From assembly GCA_030390025.1 (NCBI GenBank), contig CM059432.1:93932001-93996000 (forward strand): DNA of 64,000 bases. The letters are read 5' to 3'. The translations under genes were made by a program, and so were the position numbers. Numbering within the stretch: the stretch's first letter is position 1; each line of letters opens with the position of its first letter. This DNA is from Squalus acanthias (lineage: Eukaryota). Shown one piece after another: positions 53,457-64,000 of the stretch. The notes under the pieces were generated by a model. That model had not been told where the DNA came from. It worked only from the letters and a program-made list of their open reading frames with translations, and searched no databases.

Positions 53457-55014
53457 ACTATGAAATTGCTGTATTTACTAATCTCACTTTTTGTTGTCCC
53501 TGGTCCACTTCACCCCTGTGATACTGAAATCCAGTTGTAGAAATGAGAGCTCCAGCTTACAGTCTCCCATCGCTGAGCATTGCATAGAGAGGCAGACTTA
53601 TGCCTTCATAGCTCTTTACCAAAGGCCCTAAAACCACACAGCCTACCAGCACAGAGCACTGGAAACATTCTCATTACTTGTCCAGTTAGAAGCACCCTAT
53701 CTGTGAGGGTATTGGCTTACAGGGCTATTTGGGTCCTCTAAGAAGAATCCCAGCCACCCAGTGCCACTCCAGGTCCCATTAATTATCCAAGGTGGCTGGG
53801 AGTATAAGCAGAGGTTCCTTGAGGTCCTTTTGGCTACACAGTAACAAGCCTATTGAAGGAACACTAAAACAGAGTCAGTCCTCCACGGCAGTAATCAGAG
53901 GACGAGGATTAATCAGCTTGTGATGAGTAAGGTTGGCACACAACATTACTTGGACATCAAGGTGGCCAGCACACTGCAGTCATTCCATCTGCGAAGACAG
54001 ATGTTCCTCATAAAACAAATGAGAAAACTTTAAGGCTTATATTCAGGGTCTGGTGGCCATCATCGTTTCACACCCAACTAGGAAATCTGGCGCTCCTTTT
54101 CCACTTTCCTCCATTCAAGCTGGTACTCTTCCGTTCTCCTCCCCCCACCCACATGCTGGCACTCTTCCCCATTTCCTGTCAGTTAATTAACGACCAGGCC
54201 ATCAAAATGCTAACCATCTGATGGTTGGCAAGTATGTATCCCTTTTTTAACTATATGCATTTCTTCATTTACCTTGGACATTAAACCACCTCTTCTTTAA
54301 TCAGCAATAACATTATTCCTCTATGTTTACCAAAATATCAGCCCCTTCTTTTCCAAGTTTTGTGCCAACAACTTAGCTCCCATCTTGTACGTGCAGATCA
54401 TTTTCCTCTACAGGTTTCTTACCCAAGGAAACTCCCTGGTTATCTGCAAAATTGATTCCCTCCTGTACACACCATTTTAATAGGTACTCATTGACATCAA
54501 TTAGTTTTCTAGGTCTCCAAATAACATTAGAAGCAACCTAAACATCACTACCTTTGCACCTTTCACTTTAAACAAACATTATATTCCTTTAGATTCCACA
54601 TGTCCATGTCTGATTGTGTGCATTTCCCATTTGAACAAAAGTTATAGATCGGATGACTGAAGCTTAAATTGTCCAAATTCGATATGTAATTGCAGTAAAT
54701 ATGGAAGTTCGCTGGAAAACTGGGATCCCACAATGCAATGGGAGAACCAACACATACTGCCATGTAGATTCACAGGTGTAGGTCCACAGTTATGATTCCT
54801 CCACACTCCTGAATTGCTTATTTCAGCTATATCACTGTAGGAAGGAATCAAGTAGAGGCCAGAGTCCCTGGATAAGGAGGAAGAGAAAACTGCAGAAACA
54901 GTCTCATCCCTGGGTCACTTTCGTGCACCTCCCAGAGACCAAATTTCAGAGCAGTATTAGGAGAAGCCTGGGATCATATCCCCCACACTTCTGGATGGTG
55001 CACAGCATTGGAAA

Positions 55015-55240
55015 TACAACAACTTGCTTTTATATAGCACCTTTAAACAAGGTGCGTCACAGGAGCGTTATCAAACAAAATTTGATACTGAGGCAAGGCG
55101 ATATTAGGACAGGTGACTCAAAGCTTGGTCAAAGATGTAGGTTTTAAGGAGTGTTTTAAAGGGAGGAGAGGTAGAGAGGATTTGGGAGGAAATTCCAGAG
55201 CGTTGAGCTCAAGCAGCTGAAGGCATGGCTGCCAATGGGG
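55015..55240 (-). mobile_element. L2-like LINE 3' end
   Basis: GSHAFSCLSSTLWNFLP; tail aaaggtgctatataaaagcaagttgttg. Confidence 0.75.
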
Positions 55241-56219
55241 AAAGGAGGGAAAATAACAAAAAATGTGGTGCCCTCAGGACAGGAAAAAAAATAAAAGCTG
55301 AAAATATGGCACAGTAGCTGGATTAAACAATGCACCTTACAAAGCTGCAATACAATCAAAGGGTTCTGCAAACTCACTCTTGCCATTGATAAAGTTACCT
55401 GAACCCCGAGGCTGTATTACAGGGTGTAACACAATATCCAAGCTGGGAATTATTTTATTTCATGTGTTTTGATACAACATAGACAACCTTCTGTTGCACC
55501 ATTCAGGTTAGGTTTTTTGGTATGGTCATCAAACTATCACCACTCAGAATTCGATCAGGCATGTGTTACTGCCGGATTCATTCACAGTTGAAAACAAGAC
55601 ATGACAGGAATAGCCAAGAAAAGCAGCACTTTTTTTCCCCCCAGTTGTGGTCAGACTCCAGCACAGACTAGTTGGGCCAAATGGCCTGTTTCTGTGCTGT
55701 ATATTCTATGTAATATATTTTATTTTATTATATAAAAATGAAAAGGTTGCTAATTTTGTTCTGATTTTTTTTTTTTTTTTTTTTAAAAAGGGCCCACATT
55801 TTATTTATAATTTGCATTTATGCCAGTTTTAGAAAATTGATTTCTTTCCCCCTCTGACATTTACAGATTAAGCTATTAAAACCTGAATAAGATACAAGAG
55901 TCATAACGAATTCCAGCTTAATGATTTTTGCTCAAATATCATACCAGCAGACTTGATCCTTTTCCTCATTAGCTACGTCAATTTTACCAAAATAGAATAG
56001 TCTGCTCCGGAAACCAGAACCACAACCTACAAGAAGAAACTTTTATGTTTTAGATGGCTTCAACTTAAAGTAATTTTTCCAACTGGAAATATTAGTTTTA
56101 GCTTTCCTGGATAGTTACCGCCAACCACACCATATATTTAATGGAGCGTCACTTATTATGTTGTCTGGTTATATAATTCAGTGGTTCTTTATTTATTTTT
56201 TTCAAAAGTATCAGGATTA

Positions 56220-56470
56220 GTTGATCTGAACCAAGGTGGCAGCAGGGACAGTGAAACTGGCCACAGCATCCCTGGATTATGGAGGAAAAGAAAAATCAGA
56301 AAGGATTTCCACTCCCCGTTTCTAACCAGCATCCCTGCTGTAAAAGGTACATGTGCAGACTTCATTTGGGGGCAACTGTGATGACTCCACAGTCAAATAG
56401 TCTTCTGATATGATCTCTCTGGGCTCATACAGAAGAATGTCCATATGGGCAAGGTAGTGGAGAGCACACT
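56220..56470 (+). mobile_element. Old SINE remnant (AmnSINE2-like)
   Basis: ggctcatacagaagaatgtccatatgggcaaggtag; related to 21020-21290. Confidence 0.45.
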
Positions 56471-56759
56471 AAGGTACTATAAACCTTTAGGAGAGAAGAA
56501 GGAAAATTAAAAAAATCTTCAGCAGTCTGCCATTTTTTTTTGTTCAAACATAAATTCTGTGACAGAATTGCTTATCTACCATGAAATGGCATAGGATTTA
56601 TAAATCAAAATATCTTTGATTTAGTAACTCAAACCCCTCTGCACATTGCACTGTTTGTTGGATCTTGCACTGGAGAGCAACTGTTCCCAATTCTACGTAA
56701 ACAAATAAATTGCATCAGGACAATCTATCCCCCTGCAGTGACATCAAAGAAACCCCGAA

Positions 56760-56980
56760 TACAAAAGCAAAATACTGCAGATGCTGGAAAGCTGAAATGA
56801 AAACAGAAAATATTGGAAATACAGGTCAGGCAGCATCTGGGGAGAAAGAAACAGAGTTAACGTTTCAGGTCGATGACTGATTCAGGTCTGATGAAAGGTC
56901 ATCAACCTGAAACGTTACCTCTGTCTCTCCACAGATGCTACCTGACCTGCTGAGTATTTCCAGCATTTTGTTTTTATTTC
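56760..56980. mobile_element. Inverted pair of Penelope-type terminal repeats
   Basis: Left arm (caggtcaggcagcatctg...ttaacgtttcaggtcgatgac) is the reverse complement of the right arm (gtcatcaacctgaaacgtta...cagatgctacctgacctg). Confidence 0.75.
56884..56920 (+). ncRNA. Minimal hammerhead ribozyme motif
   Basis: AGGT-CTGATGA-A-AGGT(CATCA)ACCT-GAAA-CGTT-ACCT. Confidence 0.75.
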
Positions 56981-58212
56981 AAAAGGAACCCTATACCAGG
57001 AACTATTGGATCGCCTGTGGTAGCAGCAGTGGTGGTTGTGGGGGGTGGGGGGGGGGGGCGCGGGGTGTGGGCTGGAAGCAATGAGATCCAGACCACCAGA
57101 AAGCAGATAGAGTTCCTGCAACATTGGAGGTGGCTCCTACAGTCAGCGAACAAAATGAAAAGATGGATTTGGTAGCACTGAGGAGGAGGTGTACAGCATC
57201 TGAGAGCACTGGGAAGGGAGGGACCCTGGGTCTGGGAATCCTTGCACACTGCAGTGTGGATCCCATGGTCTGGAAGCATTGCTGACAGGTGGGCTCTGGA
57301 AGTAAATGGGAGTGTCTGGAGTCTGCCAGCATTGGGGGAGGTGGCAAGAGGCCCAACCCCAGCCTACCATTCCCAGTAGTCAGATCCTCAACCACGGTGT
57401 TCTCAGGCCATCAGCTGTTTGTTTTTAAAAAAGAGCACTTCATATTAATTCTGTTTTGGTGCAGTCAGCAACACATATAGTGCAAAGATCCCTCTCCAGC
57501 TCACTCAGCTGTTCCTAATTTCAGAGTTTACTCTTTGTAACTATCAAAAAAACATTGCCGTTCGTAATCAAAGCCTGTTTAACAGGAAGTTTTCAAAGTA
57601 CAATTCATTTATTTTGAAAAAAGCAAGAAGAACTCAATTATGATCAGGAAAAACAACATCCCTCTGTATGTGTATGCTCATGCGTGCATTCTTTCTCCCC
57701 TTTTCTCTGGCTGGCCAGCTATCTTTGCTGTACGTTGCCCCTTTGAGGTAAAAAAAACAACTGGATAAAATATGAAACTTTAGCTGAAAAATGTACTCCT
57801 CAGATTCAAATAATTTTGAGAGTCTAAAATACTTTAACACAATGAGGAGATATATTCCTCAAGTTGTGTCAGCCTGCTGCTCACCCTAATAGAATCCTAC
57901 TGTGGTCCAAGAATCTAGTAATACTGGGGTCGGGGTCTCTGGGTATGGAAGCATGAGGAGGTTGGTGTCGGGTTCAGAGAGCAGTTGGTGGTGGGGGGGG
58001 GGGGGGTAAAAAAGGGGCCTACAACACTGGACATGGATCCCACAGTCTGTTTGGACTTCATCGTCTCCCTGAAGTGATCAGTGTGATTGCTGATGGTCAA
58101 AGTTTCAAGCTCAGGCATTCACGTAAAAAACTTTAAATTAAACTACTCAACACACATAAAAGACAACTTTGCTGTTAAATTCAATAATGTTCAAATAAGA
58201 AACACAGAAATT

Positions 58213-58900
58213 ACATTTACATAGCACCTTTCATGACCCCAAGACGTCTCAAAGTGCTTCCCAGCCAATAAAAAGTGTCTTCACTGCTTTATAAGTGGAC
58301 AAATGAGACAGCCAATTTGTGCACATCAAGGACCCACAAGCAGCAATGAAATAAATGACCAGTTAATCGGTTTCTGATGGTGTTGGTTGAGGAATGAATG
58401 TTGGCCATAACACTGAAGAACTTCCCTGCTCTTCTTTGAAGAACTTGATTTAATATCTCACCTGAAGGTTGACACTGCCAACAATGCAGTACTCCCTCTG
58501 TACTGCACTGAAGTGTCAGCCTGGATTCGGTGCTCAACTCCTGGAGTGGGGCTTGATCCCACAGCCTTCTACATAACATAAGAATTAGGAGCAGGAGTAG
58601 GCCATACGGCCCCTCAAGCCTGCTCCACCATTCAATAAGATCATGACAGATCTTCGACCTCAACTCCACTTTCCCGCCCGATCTCCGTATCCCTCGATTC
58701 CCCTAGAGTCCAAAAATCTCAGCCTTGAATATACTCAACGACTCAACATCCACAGCCCTTTGGGGTAGAGAAGTCCAAAGATCACAATCCTATGAGTGAA
58801 GAAATTCCTCTTCATCTCAGTATTAAATGGCCGACCTCTTATCCTGAGACTATGCCCCCTAGTTCTAGACTCTCCAGCCAGCTAGTTCTGACTCTGTGCC
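58213..58900 (-). mobile_element. Deu-domain SINE interrupted by a CR1 3' end (~58570-58885)
   Basis: SINE ...cagccttct | acataacataag CR1 tail ... | ttctgactct SINE resumes. Confidence 0.85.
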
Positions 58901-59795
58901 AGGCAGGCTGCCACGGTTATTGTGATGTGTAATTTTTTTAAATGTTCGGAACCTTATTTTTAGTCCACACTTGCCAAGCCAAGAGTAAAATAATTTTACA
59001 AACAAAAATAATCAAATAAGGTTTCCAGTGACTTGATTACTTCACCTTCTGCTTTTATTGGAATGTTCTTCTGACTGATTAATGGCCATTCCACACTGGT
59101 TGTTTTCATGATTCCTTAGTAGTTATTCAATGTTCTCATTTTCCTACCTGTTTTTTTAATTTTTGATTTCTACTTCATCACTTCTGATTTGCAGCTGCTT
59201 CACTTTGACAATCAACAGTAACAGATAAATGTGACAGGAAATGGGAGTCAAAAATTGTTACACCTGCATTAAGTGTGCACTATATACACAACTTTTAATA
59301 TATTACTAGCAGATCGCCTGTGGCATAGCTTATGGCAGATTATACACTTTTATGTTACATAATGATTCATGGTGAATGTAATAAAAATGCAATTTCAATT
59401 ATGCAAGGCATGATGAGATTAGCAATAATTTCACATTCAAATGATGTAATGTCAATATTTTCATGGAAATTCTAAACAGTGGCCTTGGTTATTGTTTAGC
59501 TATGTATCACATTTTATTCTTAGAGATTTTTTTAAGTTTAGGATCCTGAGGAAGATGATGAGGAAGACATTGCTATAAGTAGATGTCGTATAGCAGTTCT
59601 GGGGAGCGGGTAGGTGGTGTGGTTTAATTTCTGCTGGGAGGATGCTGTATAGAAGTGTCGGAGGAGTGTGGGAAAACTTGAGCGGGGTGGGTTCCTGAAT
59701 GTTTGAGTGATTGGAGGGGATTCTGGGATCTGAGAGTAATGTGTTGGGAGTGTAGAAATGATGGAAGGGGCTGCTGGGGTGTCACATTAGTGATA

Positions 59796-60385
59796 AAAAT
59801 GAGAAGTCGCACAACACCAGGTTATAGTCCAACAGATTTATTTAATTTTACAAGCTTTCGAAGCAGTTCGCTCCTTCGTCAGGTAAGTTAGCAATGAGAG
59901 AATCTCCCAGAATTCACAATTTAAACCCAGACAAAATCTATTCACATTATTCCCTACAACAAAGAGCACAGCCGAGACAATGAGATGTGTCCCAGGGGGT
60001 CCAACGTGTCAAACCACCTGCTGGCTGCATATCCTGTCAATTTGTGTTCTTGTGTTAGTCTTTTTAAAAAAAAAACACCTGGGAAGACCGGCCATGATGT
60101 CAAGTCACGTTCTGTATCGTGACATGAACCCGATATCGCGATTGAGGCCATCCTCATGAGTGCGGAACTTGGCTATCAGTTTCTGCTCTATGATTTTGCG
60201 CTGTCGTGTATCTCGAAGGCCGCCTTGGAGAACGCTTACCCGCAGATCCGAGGCTGAATGCCCCTGGCTGCTGAAGTGTTCCCCGACTGGGAGGCAACCC
60301 TCCTGCCTGGCGATTGTTGCGCGGTGTCCGTTCATACGTTGTCTCAGTGTCTGCATGGTCTCGCCGATGTACCATCCACATCATG
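59796..60385 (-). mobile_element. Penelope-like element: GIY-YIG endonuclease C-terminus + 3'UTR, 12-bp TSD
   Basis: YIGETMQTLRQRMNGHR...VGEHF...EQKLIAKFRTHEDGLNRD; ACATTAGTGATA at 59784-59795 and 60386-60397. Confidence 0.92.
59848..59886 (-). ncRNA. Minimal hammerhead ribozyme motif in Penelope 3'UTR
   Basis: TTAC-CTGACGA-A-GGAGC(GAACT)GCTTC-GAAA-GCTT-GTAA. Confidence 0.75.
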
Positions 60386-60549
60386 ACATTAGTGATAGGT
60401 TAGTTTTGGGGTTGGGAACACGCAAACGGTGGTTGTGGAGTGTGGGATCATTGGTGAGGGGTTGCTGGCTGTGGGAGTACTAGGAATGGAATCCTGGAAT
60501 TTGGGAACAGGTAGATATGAGCTGTGGTACCATTGAGAACGGAACTAAT

Positions 60550-61226
60550 GGTCCAGATTTTGCGGTGGGTACTGACAGTGAACTGTCAGCATTTGCTCCG
60601 ACGCAGGTTGTGCTGTGGACCACACGCCCCACCCAGCCCCCAATAGCCGGCAATCAGTACTGATGAAAACTTAACCTTTTCCGCAGGAATATCGCAGTTA
60701 AACACCACATTAAATGTTAAGCCTTGTTGGAATAGGTGTAACTGGGGTTTTAACAGCATATTGACTGCTAAACAACCGTTCTGGCCCTAAAAAACTAATT
60801 TTATATTTGTGCAATGTCAAATTTCTCCATTATGATAAAAATTACTAGATTTCTAAAATAAATTAAATAATTATTTTTTTTTTTAAAGTTTGTTCATGAT
60901 ATTTCAGCTTCTACTTTAACCCCATGTGTATGTCCCAATCTTCATTTTGCTCTCTCTAACATTTTATAAAAAGTGCATATAATCAGTGCTTTTCATTTCC
61001 TGGTTTGTGGTCGGTGAGAATTCTTCAATTGTGATTGGCTGCTTAGACAGCTTGATGACATCACTGCTGTTCTACGCTCGGAATCCCCTATTGACAGCGC
61101 TACAATCAATTACACATCGAGGAAGCTAAAATTCTCGCCACAGAGATTGCGAGATCTGTATGAGCAGCTTTCTTTGAGGTCAGCGGCGATTGTTGTCGCA
61201 TCGCCACTGACCATAAATTAAGGGCC
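60550..61226. mobile_element. ~680-bp non-autonomous TIR element
   Basis: GGTCCAGATTTTGCGGT ... ACCATAAATTAAGGGCC; AT-rich core like the other long MITEs. Confidence 0.65.
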
Positions 61227-61879
61227 ATATTTGCATTTATGGCCTTGACCTGGGAAATGGTTGTTTAAAGCATTTACTACTCTTTTATTATCCTTTTCCC
61301 CAAGCGCTTCAAAGAATTTAGAGACTGTTCCTGAATCACAGCAGAGAGCACGCCGATAGGGAGTTCTATCAAGGGGGGGAAGGGTGCTTGGTATAGGGAG
61401 AATGAAAGTTGCAATCTTCCCCACCCGTCCCCTCCCTGGAAGTTTCAGAAAAGGACTTTCGCAGAGCTGAGCTGAATTACAGTAGAAGTGCAGTTTGTGC
61501 TTTAAATAAGAGGCTTCCCCAGCTCTGTGCTGAGGAACCCCTTTAAGGAATCCCAACCTTTAAGGTAGAAAAGTTGCATTCCTGGCCATGATTTGGAACA
61601 GACTTTAACTGTTAAAGTGCTTTTTACACTTTTATTATTTCAGGAAACTGAAAGAAGTTAAAGTATGAAATAACCAGATTACAGCATTGTAAAATATACA
61701 GGTGTTCACGCTTACTTTTACAATATTTCTTTTCGCTTTGTCAGATTATATCTTTGGCAAGCACAACTGTGAGCTCAATGGCCAGCAAAGACTAAGATTA
61801 TCTTGACTTCTCATAGTGCAGCTTGTTTCTGGTGTATACGCTTTGTACTTAACCGAATGACAATGATGATAACTTACAT

Positions 61880-62750
61880 TTTCCTACATGTGAAGGGAAC
61901 TACAGAAATGCATCAAAGCATTGAAGACAAACAAGAGTGGACTCCAATAAGGAGGAGGAAGAAAGGGAGAGATAGACAGAGAAAGGGTGGACAGCTGATG
62001 GTATGGTGAAAGAGAAGGGTTTTGAGGAGGCTTTGGAAAGCAGGGAGGGAAGTCACAGAGCACAGAGGGACCTGGGGCAGGGTGTTTCAAAGAACAAGAG
62101 CATAGTTGTTGATCAGTGGCTACCACTGGTCAAGCAGATGAAGAAGAAGCCTTTGTTAGGGAAGCAGAGAGTGTGCACAGGAATCACTAAGAGAGGGTAG
62201 GGCGAGGTCTTGGAGGGAATTAAAAGTGAGGAGAAGAATTTTGAAACCAACTTGTTGAGGCCCACAGAGCTAGTGGAGCGTGGAGAGGATGAACGCGATG
62301 GGATTACAGGACTTTGTGCAGGTGAGGATGTGGACAGAGGCATTTTGAAGAAGTTATAATTTGTGGAGGGTAGAAGCAGAGAGGTCGCTAGAAGAATGTT
62401 AGAGAAGTCGAGCTTTGAGCTGATAAAGGCATGGACTAAACTTTTGAGAGAGAAATTGGGGTACAACATGTGTGGGGGACAAAACTGAGCTCAGGGTCAT
62501 GAAGTGCACCAAAGCTCCACACCTCCTAACTCAGCCAGATATGCAGCCAGGAAGATGGATGGAGTCAAGGCCAGAGCAACGTAGGTACTGGAGTGAGCCA
62601 AAGGGAGACGGTTTCAGTTTTGATGACGTTAAGCTGAAGGAGGTTTTGCCTCATCCAGTTTTTGATGTCAAATAGGCAGTTGGAGTGTGCAGTGACGGCC
62701 TTTATATCGATGGAACAGATGTCGTCAGCATGCATGTGGAAGCTGACCAA
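61880..62750 (-). mobile_element. Degenerate L2 LINE fragment
   Basis: FHMHADD, DIKNWMRQNLLQLNVIKTE, SLVHAFISSKLDFSNILLA. Confidence 0.85.
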
Positions 62751-63229
62751 TTAAAGAAAATAAACAAACGAACATTCAGTACAGTTTTAAAATTGGGTTT
62801 AAAAATGTTTAGCCTGTAATTACATGCAGACTATGCATCTGCAGCATGACACAGTTTCTAAAATGAGGAGCACCTTCACAGGAATCATTACCCAATGATT
62901 ACACTTATTTAGTAACCAGTTGCTATATTATTTCCACAACTGTGAAGCATCAGTCACATATCACACTGTTCTCACGTAATTATTTAAATTCCAATTGTTA
63001 TACTTATTGTAGAGTCATTAACTGTCATCTTTATTGCTAAGGTCTATGATTTTCTTGCTTTGTGCAATCAAGAAACCTTTCATTTGTGTGCCATTCTTTG
63101 GAATGAGATCACGCAGTTTTAGGGCTCAAAATAATTTTTGGATCTCAATTAACAATGGTATTGTGTAGAACTACAAACACATTAGCAACTGATGTACTTG
63201 AAGCAGCAGCAATTCTCCAGGTTTGCACT

Positions 63230-63917
63230 AAATGAGTGATTGTTAACCATGCCCACCCTACGGAAACCAGACGGGCGGGCAGTTAAAATCACCCGTGTGA
63301 TTTGCCCTTCGAGTTTTGGCTCTTTTCCCACAGGCTCCGATTTTAACCTGCTTTTCGGAGCAGGCTGGGAGAACACCCACTGGAAACTGGTGGGATCCTT
63401 TATATATGCAGCTCGGGCTCCGATTTCATTATCGAGACTTAACTACTAATTTAACTAAAGGCCTGCACAGGGAAGCCATGTCTTTCCTGCCAGGCCAACC
63501 TAGCATGGGAAGCAGCGTCGAGCCCAGATAAAGCCCAAACAGGTAAGTCGTTTTACTTTTTTTGTCTTTCCTTGTGGGACCAGGGAGAAGCAGGAGTGCT
63601 CCTCCAGGCTCCACAAGAAAAGTTTAGGCCTCCCCTGTCCCTGGCTTCCTCCCTACCCCAATCGCTAGGCCCTCCAAAACTCCCTTCCTGTAACTTACCG
63701 GAGTGCCGGGACTGTTCCTTTGGTCCTTGGTGGCAGCCTCCTTATGCCCAACATTTTGCTTCTGCCTGCCGGCAAGCTGCTGCTTGCCACCAGTTTCAGA
63801 CAGGAGACTGACTGAGGCTGTACAGATGAGGAGTGCAAGTTAAAATCACCGAGGCCTTACACTACTGAAGTCGGGATGGTTTGCTGCCCACTCCCGCTCC
63901 AAGTTAAAAATCGAGGC
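63230..63917. mobile_element. Non-autonomous DNA element (Harbinger-type MITE family)
   Basis: Repeated gttaaaatc motifs, terminus gttaaaaatcgaggc, internal AGGTAAGT-Tn-hairpin module. Confidence 0.55.
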
Positions 63918-64000
63918 TTAAGTAGTTTCAAGTAGGTTTTAGGCTGCAATTCAAACCAAGAAAATTGCAAATGTAGAATCTTGGTTCTGCAAATCTAAGT

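Noticed and set aside
57000..57410. Possible Harbinger Myb/SANT ORF relic (also ~7000-7880)
   Set aside because: Too degenerate to support by eye.
59543..59610. Possible + strand exon (DPEEDDEEDIAISRCRIAVLGSG)
   Set aside because: Isolated, no recognisable homology, and adjoins repeat-like sequence.

Overview
Eukaryotic DNA, most likely from a cartilaginous fish (shark-type HE1 V-SINE, Deu-domain SINEs, CR1/L2 LINEs, Penelope elements). The window holds the 5' end of a minus-strand EPB41L3 (protein 4.1B/DAL-1)-like gene: a CpG island with a non-coding first exon (donor at 51135), a ~47.5-kb repeat-rich intron, and the first coding exon (3633-3448, MTTEPGSDSESKQDQE...). Most listed ORFs are retroelement fragments or noise. 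Highlights: (1) a candidate 'intraexon' (AG-free branch/pyrimidine tract plus strong donor at 50232) matching the nested intrasplicing known for 4.1R/4.1B genes, with a matching internal AG in exon 2; (2) three minimal hammerhead-ribozyme motifs in Penelope-type repeats; (3) two near-identical 750-bp hairpin-packed TIR elements carrying promoter-like motifs and U1-type donor sites; (4) a 9.6-kb nested stack of transposons inside a hAT-like element; (5) many 3-bp-TSD Harbinger-type MITEs, and an internal AGGTAAGT-Tn-hairpin module shared by different elements. Repeat boundaries were read by eye and are approximate unless TIR/TSD positions are given.
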